Shown piece by piece: positions 37,550 to 50,927 of a stretch of DNA of 64,000 nt; position 1 is the first letter of the stretch, and each line of letters begins with the position of its first letter. Source of the stretch: Eledone cirrhosa (taxonomy: Eukaryota); contig OZ024740.1 in assembly GCA_964016885.1 (NCBI GenBank), positions 153,636,001-153,700,000 on the forward strand, read 5' to 3'. The notes below the pieces were generated by a model. The model did not search any database, had not been told where the DNA came from, and saw only the letters and a list, made by a program, of their open reading frames with translations. A program made the position numbers and the translations under genes.

Positions 37550-38885
37550 CCCCTTCGGTATTGAGTACTCTTTTCTCTCGTCTATCAACCACATACGGAT
37601 ATATATATATATATATGAAATTAAATATTATCTCGTATAATACTTGATATTAATTGTGTCATCTGTTATTTCATTTAATTCATGATATCCCCTACATAGA
37701 CCAATCTCAAATATTTCCTGCACTCACACAATTCTTACGTTTTCATTTTTCAAATGTCTTCCACTTTCTCCCAGTCACTTGACAGTCTTCTACTTACATT
37801 CTAGCTCGTTTGTGTGAGAGTATACAAAAACACATTACAAACTATTATATATTGATTTTTTATTTATTTAACTCTAATGCATTAATTGTAAAAGCCGTTG
37901 ACCCAGTGGTTAGAGTGATTGGGGCATGATCGTAAGTTCTTGAGTTCGATTCCCGGCGGCGCGCTGTGTTCTTGTGTAAGATATTTATTTCACGCTGCAT
38001 TCGTTTGGCAAAAATGAGCTGTATTTTGTAATTGAAAGTGTCAGTCTTGTCACCCACATTTTCGCTGTGAATCTCTATGAGAACTACGTTAACGTGTCTG
38101 TGGAATTTTACCAGCAGGCTGGTCAGACAACAGACGTCCAACAACAACAAAAATACATGTATAATATTCCTTCTTAACTACACTCCATTTTCCACTGCCA
38201 CACTGTCCAATCTATTTTTCTGAACGCCTTGTATGTAGTGGAGTAAAAACAGTACATTCTTTTGTTCGTTCATCATTTCATCCCTTCATTCTTTCGTTCG
38301 CTAATTCTTTCATTCGTTCATTTTTTTTCGGCCACTCCTTCACCCATATTTTCATTTCTTTGTCTATTCCCGAGAAGGGTGAGAACTGCTTCAAATTTCT
38401 GTAGACCACCCACCAATTGTTATAGTCTAATCCCGGTCATAAATGTATATTGGACAACATTATCTATTGTGTTCTTTCCGTAACTGTAAGGGAAGACTTG
38501 AATGAGCAAGTCTAGCGAGTTCGTAGGGGATCCTATCTTTGGATTGACCGCCCATTTTGTGTCACGGAATTCAAGTTAGGGTAGTCGACTCAGGCCAGAT
38601 AACCAGACAGCTTGACGCCACATCGGGTTCCAGCTATCCAGCTAACCAGTAAAAAACCTACTCAGTCAGTCAGCCAGCCCGACAATCAACCAGCCAACTA
38701 AATAACACCAGCCAGATGTGCAGCCATCTTCCCCTAACTCTTCCCCTAAGTGGGTGAATCACTGGAAAATTCATTAATCAAGTCATCATTTTGAAATGTA
38801 TGTGATACAAACCGAATATGTATTTGCGTTAGCGTGTATATTTGTCAATATCTAGTGTGCGCGCGCGTGTGTGTGTGTGAGTGTC

Positions 38886-38942
<57 letters not shown>

Positions 38943-39114
38943 GTGTGAGTGTCTGTGTGTATGTGTGTGTGTGTGTGTGTGTGAGTGTGTGTGTGTGTGA
39001 GTGTCTGTGTGTGTGTGTGAGTGTGTGTGTGTGTGTGTGAGTGTGTGTGTGTGAGTGTCTGTGTGTGTGTGTGTGAGTGTGTGTGTGTGTGAGTGTGTGT
39101 GCGTGCGTGTGTGT

Positions 39115-39212
<98 letters not shown>

Positions 39213-40706
39213 CTGTAACAGATACATACTCACTACATGCGGTTGTTTTCTATAACATGTGTGTTAGAATGTGGTTCGTGGGTTGTATGTGTCCATATAA
39301 GCGTATGTGTGCGCTTCTATGTATGTGCTCACGTGTTTACATGTGTGATTGGGTATCTGTGAATTTGTGTATGAGTGCTACAATGTAGTTTGTATTGTAT
39401 AGGAAGCATAATCTAACACAAGAATAATTATGAGAGGATATCATTTGTGCGCCACGATTATTCATTGATTAGACATTTAGTAAATTGTTTCTGAAATTTC
39501 CCAGGGACACCTTCTAGGACAATTTAAAGATATGTGCCGGTTATTTCATTATTATAAGTTTTCTAAGAGCGGTGGATTGGCAGTATCGTTAGAGCGTCGG
39601 ACACCATGCTTTGCAGCATAGAGTTACGCCCCTTTATTTACGCCCCTTTATCTGAGTTCAAATCCCGCCGAGGTTAGCTTTGCCTTTCATCCTTACGGGG
39701 TCGATAAAATAAACCACCAGTAATGCACTGGGGTCGATTTAATAGACTTTCCCCTGTTCCCAAATTGCTGGCCTTGTGCCTATAGTAGAAATCATTATTA
39801 TAAGTTTTCTAATACGTAAATGCGTTTCACACACAAACGCTATCCTCTCCAAGTCATTATATCCGGTAGTCACATTTTAGAAAATGCTTCCCTAACGTGA
39901 TCTAATAAGATCGAAACAAGTCCGAGGTTTCCACCCTAACTGCATTCCACAGTATATCTCCCCTTCTTTTAAAATCAAATTGAATTTCTGAATTCGCTTT
40001 CGTGTTCATTTTGAAAAGAATTCTCATTAACGTTAATACTTTTTCTTCGTAGAGTGTAAATTAATTTGCCCGAACATACCTTTTAGTTCATTACATCAAA
40101 TATGTTAGGCCAAATTTAGCTATATGATCTTAGTAAACTTTCGAATGTCATTATTGAAAATAGTTCAAATCCTGCCGAGGTTAACTTTGCCTTTCATCCT
40201 TACGGGGTCGATAAAAAAGTACCAGTAATGCACTGGGTGATTGCTGGCCTTGTGCCAAAAATAGAAACAATTATTGAAAATAGCCGAATGTGGTGTGTAG
40301 TATGTAGTGGGGTGTATATGCGTTTGTGTTTATGTGTGTGTGTGTCTGTGCGCGCATGTGTAGCTATTATTCAGGCTATTGTTTAGTCTTAGGTTATATC
40401 TAATTTAGCACATAATTAAAGGCGTTTCAGCTGTCTCTAAAGTCTGTCTCGAGCCGGAAGGCTCATCAGGCTGGTGTTTATTCTGGTTTTCGTGACGTTA
40501 ATCGACCGAGAGTATAAGATTCCACCCTGGACAGGACACCAGTCCATCGCAGGGTTAAACCGCTATTTACAACGGGGACTCATTTTCAGTAACGTGAAAT
40601 AACCCAGTCCAGGAATCGAACCCACGACATTATGATCGTAAGTCCAGCACACTTTCCACTAGGTCGTTTCAGTCGTGACCAATCCATTTTTATCCTGTAT
40701 TGCAGG

Positions 40707-40993
40707 CAAGAGCCTTGTTTCAGGAGGGTACCTGGGGACAAGCCCCCCCCCCCACCACACACACTTTTTCAAACGTCTATATTTTATCTTTTGATTATTT
40801 GATATAATAAATTCTTTTCAAGCTTATTTTTTTTTTATATATCTGAACTTCATTTGAATATATAAAATTTAATTAGCATAAAATGTTACTTATGTGATAG
40901 GGTCCGGGAAAGGCACCATAAGCAATACTAACATGCTCCTTTAAGAATCAACAAATGTTGGTTTGTCCCCCCCTAAGGCAAACGAGGCTCCTG
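40707..40993. mobile_element. hAT-type MITE (287 bp)
   Basis: TIRs caagagccttgttt / aaacgaggctcctg, subterminal ggggacaa/ttgtcccc, 8-bp TSD attgcagg/aatgcagg (1 mismatch). Confidence 0.7.
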
Positions 40994-41262
40994 AATGCAG
41001 GGATCTCTGGACCATAATATCTAATATGTCGAATTCTATGACAGTACTGTGATTTAAAGAAGATATAACTTCTATTTCCTGCAGATTGGGGTCGGGATTT
41101 GTTCTAAATACCACAAGGCATTTTATCCAATGTTCTAACGAATCTACATTTTCAATGCCTTAGGAATAAAAATTATAACTGGCTTGTGGATGTGTGTTGG
41201 TTGTGTCTGTAGTGTGTGTGTATGTGCGTGTGTGTGTGTGTTTGAAAGAGAGAGAAAGAGTA

Positions 41263-41392
<130 letters not shown>

Positions 41393-42074
41393 TGTGTGTG
41401 CTGTGTGTGTCTGTGTGTGGCTAGCGATGCGTCATTAATCTATAAAATCCAATCTTATTGAGGTCATCATGGATAAATATATGAATGCATATGTATGTGT
41501 TGCATGGTGTAACATGGATGAGTGTATGTATGTATATGTGTGTAGGTGAGGTGTGTGTGTGAGCGAGCGAATGCCGTATGATAAATGCGTTCGTGTGCTG
41601 ATGAATACGTTTGTACATTTAGTCATCCAACCAACCATCACCATCACCATCACCATTCATATCCCGATCCAATCCGACCCACATCAGTCTGTCTGTCCCT
41701 CTCCCTCCCTCCTTGACCCCCCTCTATATCTCTATTGTTCTCTCTCTCGCTCTCTTTCTGTGCTTCTCTCTCTCTCTTTCTCTCTCTGCCTCTTCCCCCC
41801 TGCCCCCCTCTCGCTTTCTCTCCTCTCTCTATCACCCCCACTCTCTGTGTGCTTCTCTCTTACTCCCCCTCTCTCTCCCCCTCTCTCTCTATCTGTCGCT
41901 CTCCACATCTGGAATTATTGCTCAAAACCGCGTCAACTTCTACACTGTTCTGCTTATCACCTTCCTACCCCCAACTCATCACCAGACCACATCACAACAA
42001 CCACTACAGTATAACAACTATAACAAAAATCATAACAACAGCAACAGCAACAACAACAACAACAATAATAATAA

Positions 42075-42670
42075 CGGTTTCTGATTTAGGCACAAGGCCA
42101 GCAATTGGGGGGGGGGGAGAAAGTCGATTAAATCGACCCCAGTGCGTTACTGATGCTTTATTTTATCGACTCCGTAAGGATGAAAGGCCAAGCTAACCTC
42201 GGCGGGATTTGAACTCGGATCATAAAGGGCCGTAACTCTATGCTGCAAAGCATGGCATCCGACTATCTACCGATACTGCTAATCCATTAATTATTAATAA
42301 TTGTTTCTACGTTAGGCACAAGGCCAGCAATTACCCAGTGTATTACTGGTACTTTATTTTATTATTAATAATAATAACAATAATAATAATAATGATTTTT
42401 AATTTAGGCACAAGGCCAGCAATTTTTTGAAGAGGAAAGTCGATTATACCGACTCCGGTTTTTTTCTGGTACTTTGTTTTAATAATTGTTTCTACTTTTG
42501 GCACAAGGCCAGCAATTACCCAGTACATTACTGGTACTTTATTTTATCGACCTCTGTATGAATGAAAGGCAAAGTTAACCTCGGCGAGATTTGAACTCAG
42601 ACTGTAAAGGGACGTAACTATGCTAGAAAGCATGGCGTCCAACCCTCTACCGATACTGCCAATTCACCAA
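42075..42670 (-). mobile_element. Cluster of four full or partial main-family SINE copies
   Basis: ggcacaaggccagcaatt recurs at ~42089, 42315, 42406 and 42501; two copies extend to the tRNA head. Confidence 0.88.
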
Positions 42671-42729
42671 TAATAATCGCTATATAGTACATCTATTCCT
42701 CCACTACTCACAGCCTCTTACTCCCAATT

Positions 42730-43765
42730 CCACCGCCACCGCCACCTTCACTATCATCGCTGCCAACGTCACCACAACCACCACCACCGCTGCCACCACC
42801 ATCGCTGCCACCATCAACAGCATCACCCTCACCGTCCCCACTGCCGCCATCGTCGCCACCACCACCACCGCTGCCACCATCAACAGCATCACCCTCACTG
42901 TTCCCACTGCCGCCATCGTCGCCACCACCACCACCACCGCTGCCACCATCACCAGCATCACCCTCACCGTCCCCACTGCCGCCATCGTCGCCACAACCAC
43001 CACCACTGCTGCCACCATCACCAGCATCACCCTCACCGTCCCCACTGCCGCCATCGTCGCCACAACCACCACCACCGCTGCCACCATCAACAGCATCACC
43101 CTCACCGTCCCCACTGCCGCCATCGTCGCCACAACCACCACCACCGCTGCCACCATCAACAGCATCACCCTCACCGTCCCCACTGCCGCCATCGTCGCCA
43201 CAACCACCACCACCGCTGCCACCATCACCAGCATCACCCTCACCGTCCCCACTGCCGCCATCGTCGCCACCACCACCACCGCTGCCACCATCAACAGCAT
43301 CACCCTCACTGTTCCCACTGCCGCCATCGTCGCCACAACCACCACCACCGCTGCCACCATCAACAGCATCACCCTCACCGTCCCCACTGCCGCCATCGTC
43401 GCCACAACCACCACCACCGCTGCCACCATCAACAGCATCACCCTCACCGTCCCCACTGCCGCCATCGTCGCCACAACCACCACCACCGCTGCCACCATCA
43501 ACAGCATCACCCTCACCGTTCCCACTGCCGCCATCGTCGCCACAACCACCACCACCGCTGCCACCATCACCAGCATCACCCTCACCGTTCCCACTGCCGC
43601 CATCGTCGCCACAACCACCACCACCGCTGCCACCAACACCAGCATCACCCTCACCGTTCCCACTGCCGCCATCGTCGCCACAACCACCACCATCGCTGCC
43701 ACCATCACCAGCATCACCATCACCGTTCTTACCATCGCTACAACCACCATCAACGCAGCCACCGT
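42730..43765. repeat. GC-rich 63-bp (60-bp variants) minisatellite, ~15 copies
   Basis: Unit ccaccaccgctgccaccatca(a/c)cagcatcaccctcaccgt(c/t)cccactgccgccatcgtcgccacaacca. Stop-free in all frames within the array. Confidence 0.95.
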
Positions 43766-43967
43766 CTCTACCACCAACATCGGTTTCGAGTGTAGTCAGT
43801 AAACGTGTGTGACACACGAGTAATATTTATAAAACAACAACACGTTGACGATGGGACTGTCGGTCATGGTAAATATTATGGAAAGCCACTGTAATGTGTT
43901 CTAACTTTGATCAGATATGTTAGAATAACACTCTAATACTGGCTGGTGGCAGCAGATGTATGTCAAA

Positions 43968-43991
43968 GGTGGTTGCTGCTGCTGCTGCTGC

Positions 43992-44067
<76 letters not shown>

Positions 44068-44230
44068 GGTGGTGGTGGTGATGGTGGTGGAATTGTTGGA
44101 GATGTTGGTGGTAGTGTTGATGTTGTGGTGGTGTTGTTGTTGGTGGTGGTGTTGAGGGTTGTGGTGGTGTTGTTGGTGGTGGTGTTGAGGGTTGTGGTGT
44201 TGTTGTTGTTGTTGTTGGTGGTGGTGTTAT
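43968..44230. repeat. Compound (GCT)n(GTT)n(GGT)n trinucleotide repeat
   Basis: Direct inspection. Confidence 0.95.
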
Positions 44231-44646
44231 TGTCGGAGATGTTGGCAGTTTCGTCGTCTGATAAATTGCCTTGCAGTACGTGTTCCGGTTCTTTACGATC
44301 TGAGTTCAAATCCAGACTAGATCAAATTTGTTTTCATCCTTCTGAGGTACTGAAATAACAGAACCAGTAAAGTAGTGGAGTCGATTTAATCAAATAAATA
44401 TTCCCTCCAATTTCCTGGCCTTATACGTGATTAATAGAAAAGTGTGTACCTCGTCACGAAATCTGCTAGATATAGAAACCAAATCTCATTGAAATCACAC
44501 CCAGCAGCCTTAACAAATGATAAGGCACATTGTATAATAGAGTCATGGATCGAACTGCTTGAAAAGATAACGATTTGGTAACAGATGAGACACCTGCTCA
44601 TTTTATAGCTGACTCAGGGCTAAACAACAACATCAACAAAAATATA

Positions 44647-45130
44647 TGATCAGTTCTGCCATAGTAAAGCTGAATGTCGTATGGAAAAGCAACTCCATCA
44701 GTTTTCTAACAAAGTTCAAACAAGTCTTTGGGGACTTCGATCCTTTTGAATGGAGTGTGAGAGTTAGATTTTCACAGCCAGCATGGAATGAAGAATCCAA
44801 TCATTTGAGCACATGTGCTTCAGAAAGTTGCTACTCATCCCATACATGGAGCACAAAACAAACAGCTTGGTCAGGTAACAAGTTAACAAATATGCTGGCA
44901 GACAGGAAACACTCCTTCCAACAGTGTAAAGGCGGAAGCTTGTCTAGTATGGACATATATCCCACCACAACTCCTTGTTCAAAACCATCAGTCGAGGGAG
45001 GTTGAAGAAAAGGCCGACTAACATCAAAGACCGGACTAGACATGCACGATGGAGAATAGCGACAACGGAGAGCAACAGCGTCATCAACGACTGGCTGCAC
45101 CAGTTTCGGGAACATGATGACGATGATGAA
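44647..45130 (+). mobile_element. RTE-clade LINE 3' fragment
   Basis: SAIVKLNVVWKSNSISFLTKFK..RIQSFEHMCFRKLLLIPYMEHKTN..RRKLV.YGHISHHNSLFKTI, with a short (ATG)n-like tail at 45114-45129. Confidence 0.75.
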
Positions 45131-45819
45131 GTGTAAAAATAACTGAGATCAGATCATTATATATATTACCCTTCTGTAACTGATGAAAAAAGAGACTCCA
45201 AGCGTGTATATGATATGTTAATGAATTGAAGTCAATAATAACGATATAAGGTGATTTACAATAGAAAATATGCCGCACGCTACATAAATTGCTTTCAAAA
45301 TTGTAAACTATGGATGGCAGGAAATTTAAGAAATTGCCAAAAACACTCAACAATAGGCGAGAGCAGTGACGGAGGGAGATTCTATATAGTCGTATGATTT
45401 GGTAGAAATTGCAAATAGATCTCTCGTAAATCACACAGGAAAAGAAACACACGTCAACAAAACAAGAGAAATTCTATGTGAACACTCAAACTTCTAGATA
45501 TATGAGCCTGACATTAATCATATATATAAATAGATAGGCGGCGAATTGGCTAAAGTTGTAAGAACGTTGGCTAGAATGTTTTATGGTATACGTTCCGGTT
45601 CTCGATCCTCTGAGTTCAAATCCCACCGTAGTCAACTTTGTCTATCATCCTTTTGAGGTTGATAAAAAAAGTACCAGTCTAGTACTGGCGTCGATTTTTC
45701 CTTTCTCTGGAAGAAATCTGTCTGAAGAGGGATGAGCTCCGCCAGGCTTAAAATGCCCAAGAAACGCCGTATAAACAAGCTCAATAGACTTTATCCAGAG
45801 CAATAATAAATCAAATGTA

Positions 45820-46249
45820 TTCCTTCAGTTGACCTTCTCATCCGAGAAAACCAAAAGAATTCCAAGCGGATCAAACATGAATTGGCCTCTCCGCATCACA
45901 TATGCCTTGTATCGAAGGTCCTCATGCACAATTCTTCCGATCGTGTGCCTTGAAATCTTGAGCTCATTAGCAATGTGACTAAATAACTTCCTGAGTTCTT
46001 ATCGATAATTTTCTGTGTCGTTTGTAAATATTTGCGTGTTCTGATTGTATGAGACTCCATAAGAGGGATTTTATATTTGGCTATTGCGTTAGCGGCCTTT
46101 AGTTCTTTGAAAAATTTGACAACAAACGGCGTGCCTTCTCATTTGCCGAGTTAGCTTGATGTCTGTCATCATTTATCTTGAAAGAATTGAGCAGGTTAGA
46201 AAAACCTTAGAGCTATTAAACGATGTGACCTGAAAGTATTGAGCAACCC

Positions 46250-46254
<5 letters not shown>
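45820..46254 (-). mobile_element. Tc1/mariner (maT/DD37D-like) 5' fragment
   Basis: Reverse strand: TA|cagagggttgctcaatactttc terminus next to (TA)n; SHIANELKISRHTIGRIVHEDLRYKAYVMRRGQFM..FSDEK. Confidence 0.72.
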
Positions 46255-46305
<51 letters not shown>

Positions 46306-46346
46306 CGAAAGATAAGTCAATTGCATGAACTCATAATCCTTTATTT

Positions 46347-46402
46347 ACTGCTATATATATTTCGATGATAGCCATTGAATGGCTATGACCTCATCAGGCA
46401 GT
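46347..46402 (-). ncRNA. Type I hammerhead ribozyme motif
   Basis: Reverse complement: actgc-CTGATGA-ggtc-atagccat/tca/atggctat-catc-GAAA-tatata-TA-gcagt. Perfect helix I, palindromic helix III; (TA)n ~45 nt downstream. Confidence 0.8.
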
Positions 46403-47103
46403 TAGTCAGTTCTTAGATATGCCAGCTCTGTGTTTATAGTGTTGATGGTATCAGAGCCTTGGGACATATGAGCTTGTTAGGAATAATTTAATGTTGTCAG
46501 CAGGAATAGTCTTAATAGTCAGTTTGTAGATGCTAGTTGGGTTGGTATTTGACTTCAAAGAGGCAGGTGGTGTTGTAAAGTTCAATAAAATCAAGGTCTA
46601 GCAAATAGAGAAAAAGTTTTAAAATAAATAAAAAAAAATTCGCAGCACTTACTATATGTGCCTTTACCGCGGTTTCATGCTCCAGAATAAACGGAAAATC
46701 CAAGCAGATTTTCATTGAGAAGGGAGCAATCTTCAGAAGGCTCTTCTCCCTCGGAGAATATAAAATTTCCGAGTTCAAATTACAAACTGACGCCATACAA
46801 AACCATTCCCAAATGAGAGCGAATGATGAAAGAAATAATTCTGCCTGGTGTCGTGTGCAAATACAAAAGGAAGGGTGGACAGGTCAATGTCCTGCTACTA
46901 GAAATAGCAGCAGTCCAAACGGCCAAAATTTTATCTCTACCTTAGGGGGAGATCAATAACAATAAAGTATGAATTCCTACGTGTAAAAAATATATATAGG
47001 GAAACAAGTATTATCCAACCGTATGCCAATGTGGTTCTATGGCGGGTTAATAAATTAACAAGCCAGAACATATAAAATCAAGGTCTAGCAAATAGAGAAA
47101 AAG

Positions 47104-47223
<120 letters not shown>

Positions 47224-48609
47224 ACATATATACATAATATATATATGTATATGTGTATGTATAAATGTATGTACATGGTGGCAAATTGGCAGAGTTCTTG
47301 GACAATCGAGTAGAAGAGAATGCCTTCCTGTATTTGTCCCAGGTCTCCGTACTCTGATTTAAGATTGCTTTTCATCGTTTCGGGGTCAATAAAATAAAAT
47401 ACCAATCTAAGATGGTGGATTGGCAGAATGATATAACGTCGCATGACATGCAATACTTTTAAAGTCAGAGTTCATTTTGGAGAATGGCAGCTAGGCATGA
47501 CATCTAAAAAATGTCATTGAAGTTCGTTAATTCTGTTGTGAACATTTAAAACAAACAGAATTTAATAGAAATTTTGTGCAAACATTAAAAAAAAAAAAAA
47601 AAATAGAAACAACTTTTATCTTCATCTTTTGCTTCAATCTCATAACAAGTAGTATTAAAGTCAATGGTTTTAGTATTTCATTTAGATTTCTTCCAGCTTT
47701 GAAAAAGGAGCAAAAAACTTGGAAATTATGAAGAAAGGAGCTTCACTTGCAAAACCATTTGGAACGGATATCTTTTCAATTTTAATTAATTAATTTATTT
47801 ATTTTTTGACTGCTATTTGTAGTTTCCTGAATGACCATATTGAAGAGCTTTCGTTAATTCAAGGATGAAAAGTATAATGACAATGATGGGGAAGCTGAAG
47901 AAGAGGAGGAGGAAGAGGAATGGAAGTGGATAAAGTAGAAGACTAGCGCAGTTTCCCAAGCTCTTCAAAGGAGCAGAAAAGGAAGGGCATATTCGACAAG
48001 CTAGTCGTACATAAAATGACACGATGGTCATAGTAGAAAGGACTTTGGTCATAGATCAACTTATACATTTAAGGCTGACGTGGAACTAAACAAGAAAAAA
48101 CAAGAATGACGATACAGCCAAAAATTATACAATGAGGAAACTTCCATGCCAAGAACAGTAGTTGAATCTTCCTCAAACTACACAGTAATCTTGAAAAACA
48201 CTGTAAAACAAAGAAAAAGGAAACAAGATTATGGTATATGCACATTTAGAATGCCATAGCCATAGATTTGTACAATCTACCAAGACTTAAATATGGAAAA
48301 CAACAACAATAATGACAACAGCAACGGCATCACCGACAACAACGTCGAAAATTATGGTAGAAAATTATGTTTATGTACAAGTTGTGAAATCAGAATAGTT
48401 TTCTACGCTGTGGGGAGACAGAGGGCCATATTAGGCAACAAGTAATAGATTACGCAACCTTTCAGGAAAGCGTTGGTATCCTTTTTAATTTTAAATTTGG
48501 TTTACTTTTTAATTTGAAATTAATGTCTTATAAGGTGAGAGTAACCCCCTCCCAACACGCGTGCACACACACACATCTCTCCCACTCTCTCTCTCTCTAT
48601 ATATATATG

Positions 48610-48679
<70 letters not shown>

Positions 48680-48944
48680 TATATATGCAGAGAGAGAGAG
48701 AGAGAAAGAGAGAGAGATACGGCTAGTAACGAATGAAAATATTAATCTAATATATATTTGTGAAATGGGTGGTGGTTGAAATTCAGATGTGCACGGTTAA
48801 ATGGTAGTAGACGTGGTCGGACGGACATTAAAATTTACACACCTATGTAAAAAGTGCCAAGGAAGCAAATAGACGAGTTTTCAAATGTCTAACTTGAAAA
48901 ATGTGGTCCCTGGGGCCCCAAAACGGTCTATTTACTATCGCGTT

Positions 48945-49860
48945 CGGTGAGTTATTTCCCCCTGTTCTAATACTTTCAATATTCATTGTCTTATTTACAA
49001 TTTCATACAAATTTTTAAACTCATCAATTTCTGTCGCTGCGTTCTTAGGCTAACATACAGTACCGTTTTATGAAATCGATTCTGCAGTACCATTTTAGGA
49101 AATGCCAAACCGAAAATGGTCACTGTTTTCCATCAAAAGAAATAAAACCCTTAAATTGCGAAGAAGGGAGTCATGTTCTCAAGTAGGTTTTTTCCGATAT
49201 CATTTTCATTTTAATTCTAATACATGTTAACCACCACTAACAGTAAGTAGTATTTTTCAAAGTCAAATGAAAAGTTTAAAGAATACATGCATGTAAACTT
49301 AATGAATGGGATCTATAAGCCTTTGGGTTGCCGAGTTAATTAATTCAGTTTTTTTTTTAAATATTCATTGTAAACTTAAGGAATGGGATCTATAAGCCCT
49401 TTGGTTGCCGAGTTAATTAATTCAGTTTTTTTTTAAATATTCATTGTCCTATTTAAAATAACATATCAAAGACAACGTTATTTCGCTGTTAATAAACTGT
49501 TGCCTTCTACAGTACGTTTCATTTTCATTTTTCATTTACAGTTGCTCTATATTAAATTTAAATACTTCTATAACGATCATACAGTACCGTTTTATGAAAT
49601 CGATTCTGCAGTAGAATTTTACGAAATGCCAAACCGAAAAAGGTCAATGTTTTCTAACAAAGAAATAAAACCCTTACATTGCGAAGCCCCTGTTCTAATA
49701 CTGGGGTTAGTTATTTCCCCCTCTTCTAATAAACCTCTAATATATAGAGGCCCCTCTTGCTGACCAGGGCAATCAAAGTGTAAATTATCATACAAACCTT
49801 CATAATCTGTATTTTCAAACTTGCATATCATCGACATTGCTATTTCGCTGTTAATAAACA
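48945..49860. repeat. Locally duplicated mosaic
   Basis: catacagtaccgttttatgaaatcgattctgcagta...attgcgaag at ~49055 and ~49578; ~76-bp tandem duplication 49295-49447; gttatttccccct.ttctaata at ~48952 and ~49710; tatttcgctgttaataaac at ~49479 and ~49841. Confidence 0.8.
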
Positions 49861-50359
49861 ACGCTTTTCACGTCGCTCCACTTCTAATTGTACGCCGTCC
49901 AGCCCCAAGTGCATATTTCAATTTTTTTTCCTGAAACTGCTTCTTTATTTCCCGTGTTGTCATGGTTCCTTAGCATAATGTTTAAAGCGTCTAGCCACTG
50001 CCTGAGCGATATGAGGTTCAATTCCTCATAGTGCCGATGGTAACTTTTTGCCCTGTCTTTTAAGGGTCTTCACCCTATTTCATAAGGTATCTTTTTAGCA
50101 TTTCTGCGCATGAGAATTTTCTTTATACATTATATATAGGCGGCGAATTGGCAGAGTTGTTAGAACGTCGGATAGAATTCTTTATGATATCCGTTCCGGC
50201 CCTCTGCTCTCTGAGTTTAAATCCCGTCGAGGTCAACTTTGCCTTTCATCCTTTCAAGGTCAATAAAATAAGTACCCGTCTAGTACTGGGTCGATTCTTC
50301 CTCAGTCTAGAAGAAATCTACTGTACGTCAATACGCTCCTACGACGATTCAGTTACGAC

Positions 50360-50439
<80 letters not shown>

Positions 50440-50441
<2 letters not shown>

Positions 50442-50563
50442 GAAACATTGAACAGGGACAGAACAGAGAGGCAGTACGATAAATGTTTATTAAATTCACG
50501 CTCAGGAGAGTGGGGGGTAGGTGGGGGACGACGTTTCGGGCATAAGCCCTTCTTCAGGTGAGA
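50440..50563 (-). ncRNA. PLE pLTR 3' end with hammerhead core (helix I decayed)
   Basis: Reverse complement: CTGAAGA-a-gggc/ttat/gccc-GAAACGTC, then ..ctctcctgagcgtgaatttaataaac and (TA)n. The tail resembles 27140-27212 (minus) and 61160-61195 (plus). Confidence 0.55.
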
Positions 50564-50878
50564 AGTGTGTGGGAACAGAGTTCAAAAGGTGTGTAGGGGA
50601 GTGGTGGAGAGACATATAGCGAAAGGAAACGGTGCGAATGAAAAATTAACAAATAAAGACAAAAAATATAATAAATAATAAATAAAAATAAAGCATGATC
50701 AAAATACAAGGAATGAGAAAATTTAAAAATAAAGGCATGATCAAAATAAACTGAAATTAAAAGGGGGGTAAACAGGTGGTGGAAGGGTGTGGGGTGAGTA
50801 GGGGTGGTGGCGGGTGGAGTGGGGAGAGGGAGACGGGGTGTCCGAGCGGGGAGGGCTGAAGGTGGTGTGTGTGGTTAG

Positions 50879-50927
<49 letters not shown>

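Noticed and set aside
42704-43817. Minus-strand Gly/Asp-rich (369 aa) and Val-rich (358 aa) ORFs as genes
   Set aside because: Unit variants are non-synonymous in the Gly/Asp frame, which also has a GTG start and no signal peptide. The Val/Met frame is implausibly hydrophobic. Both are explained by the minisatellite.
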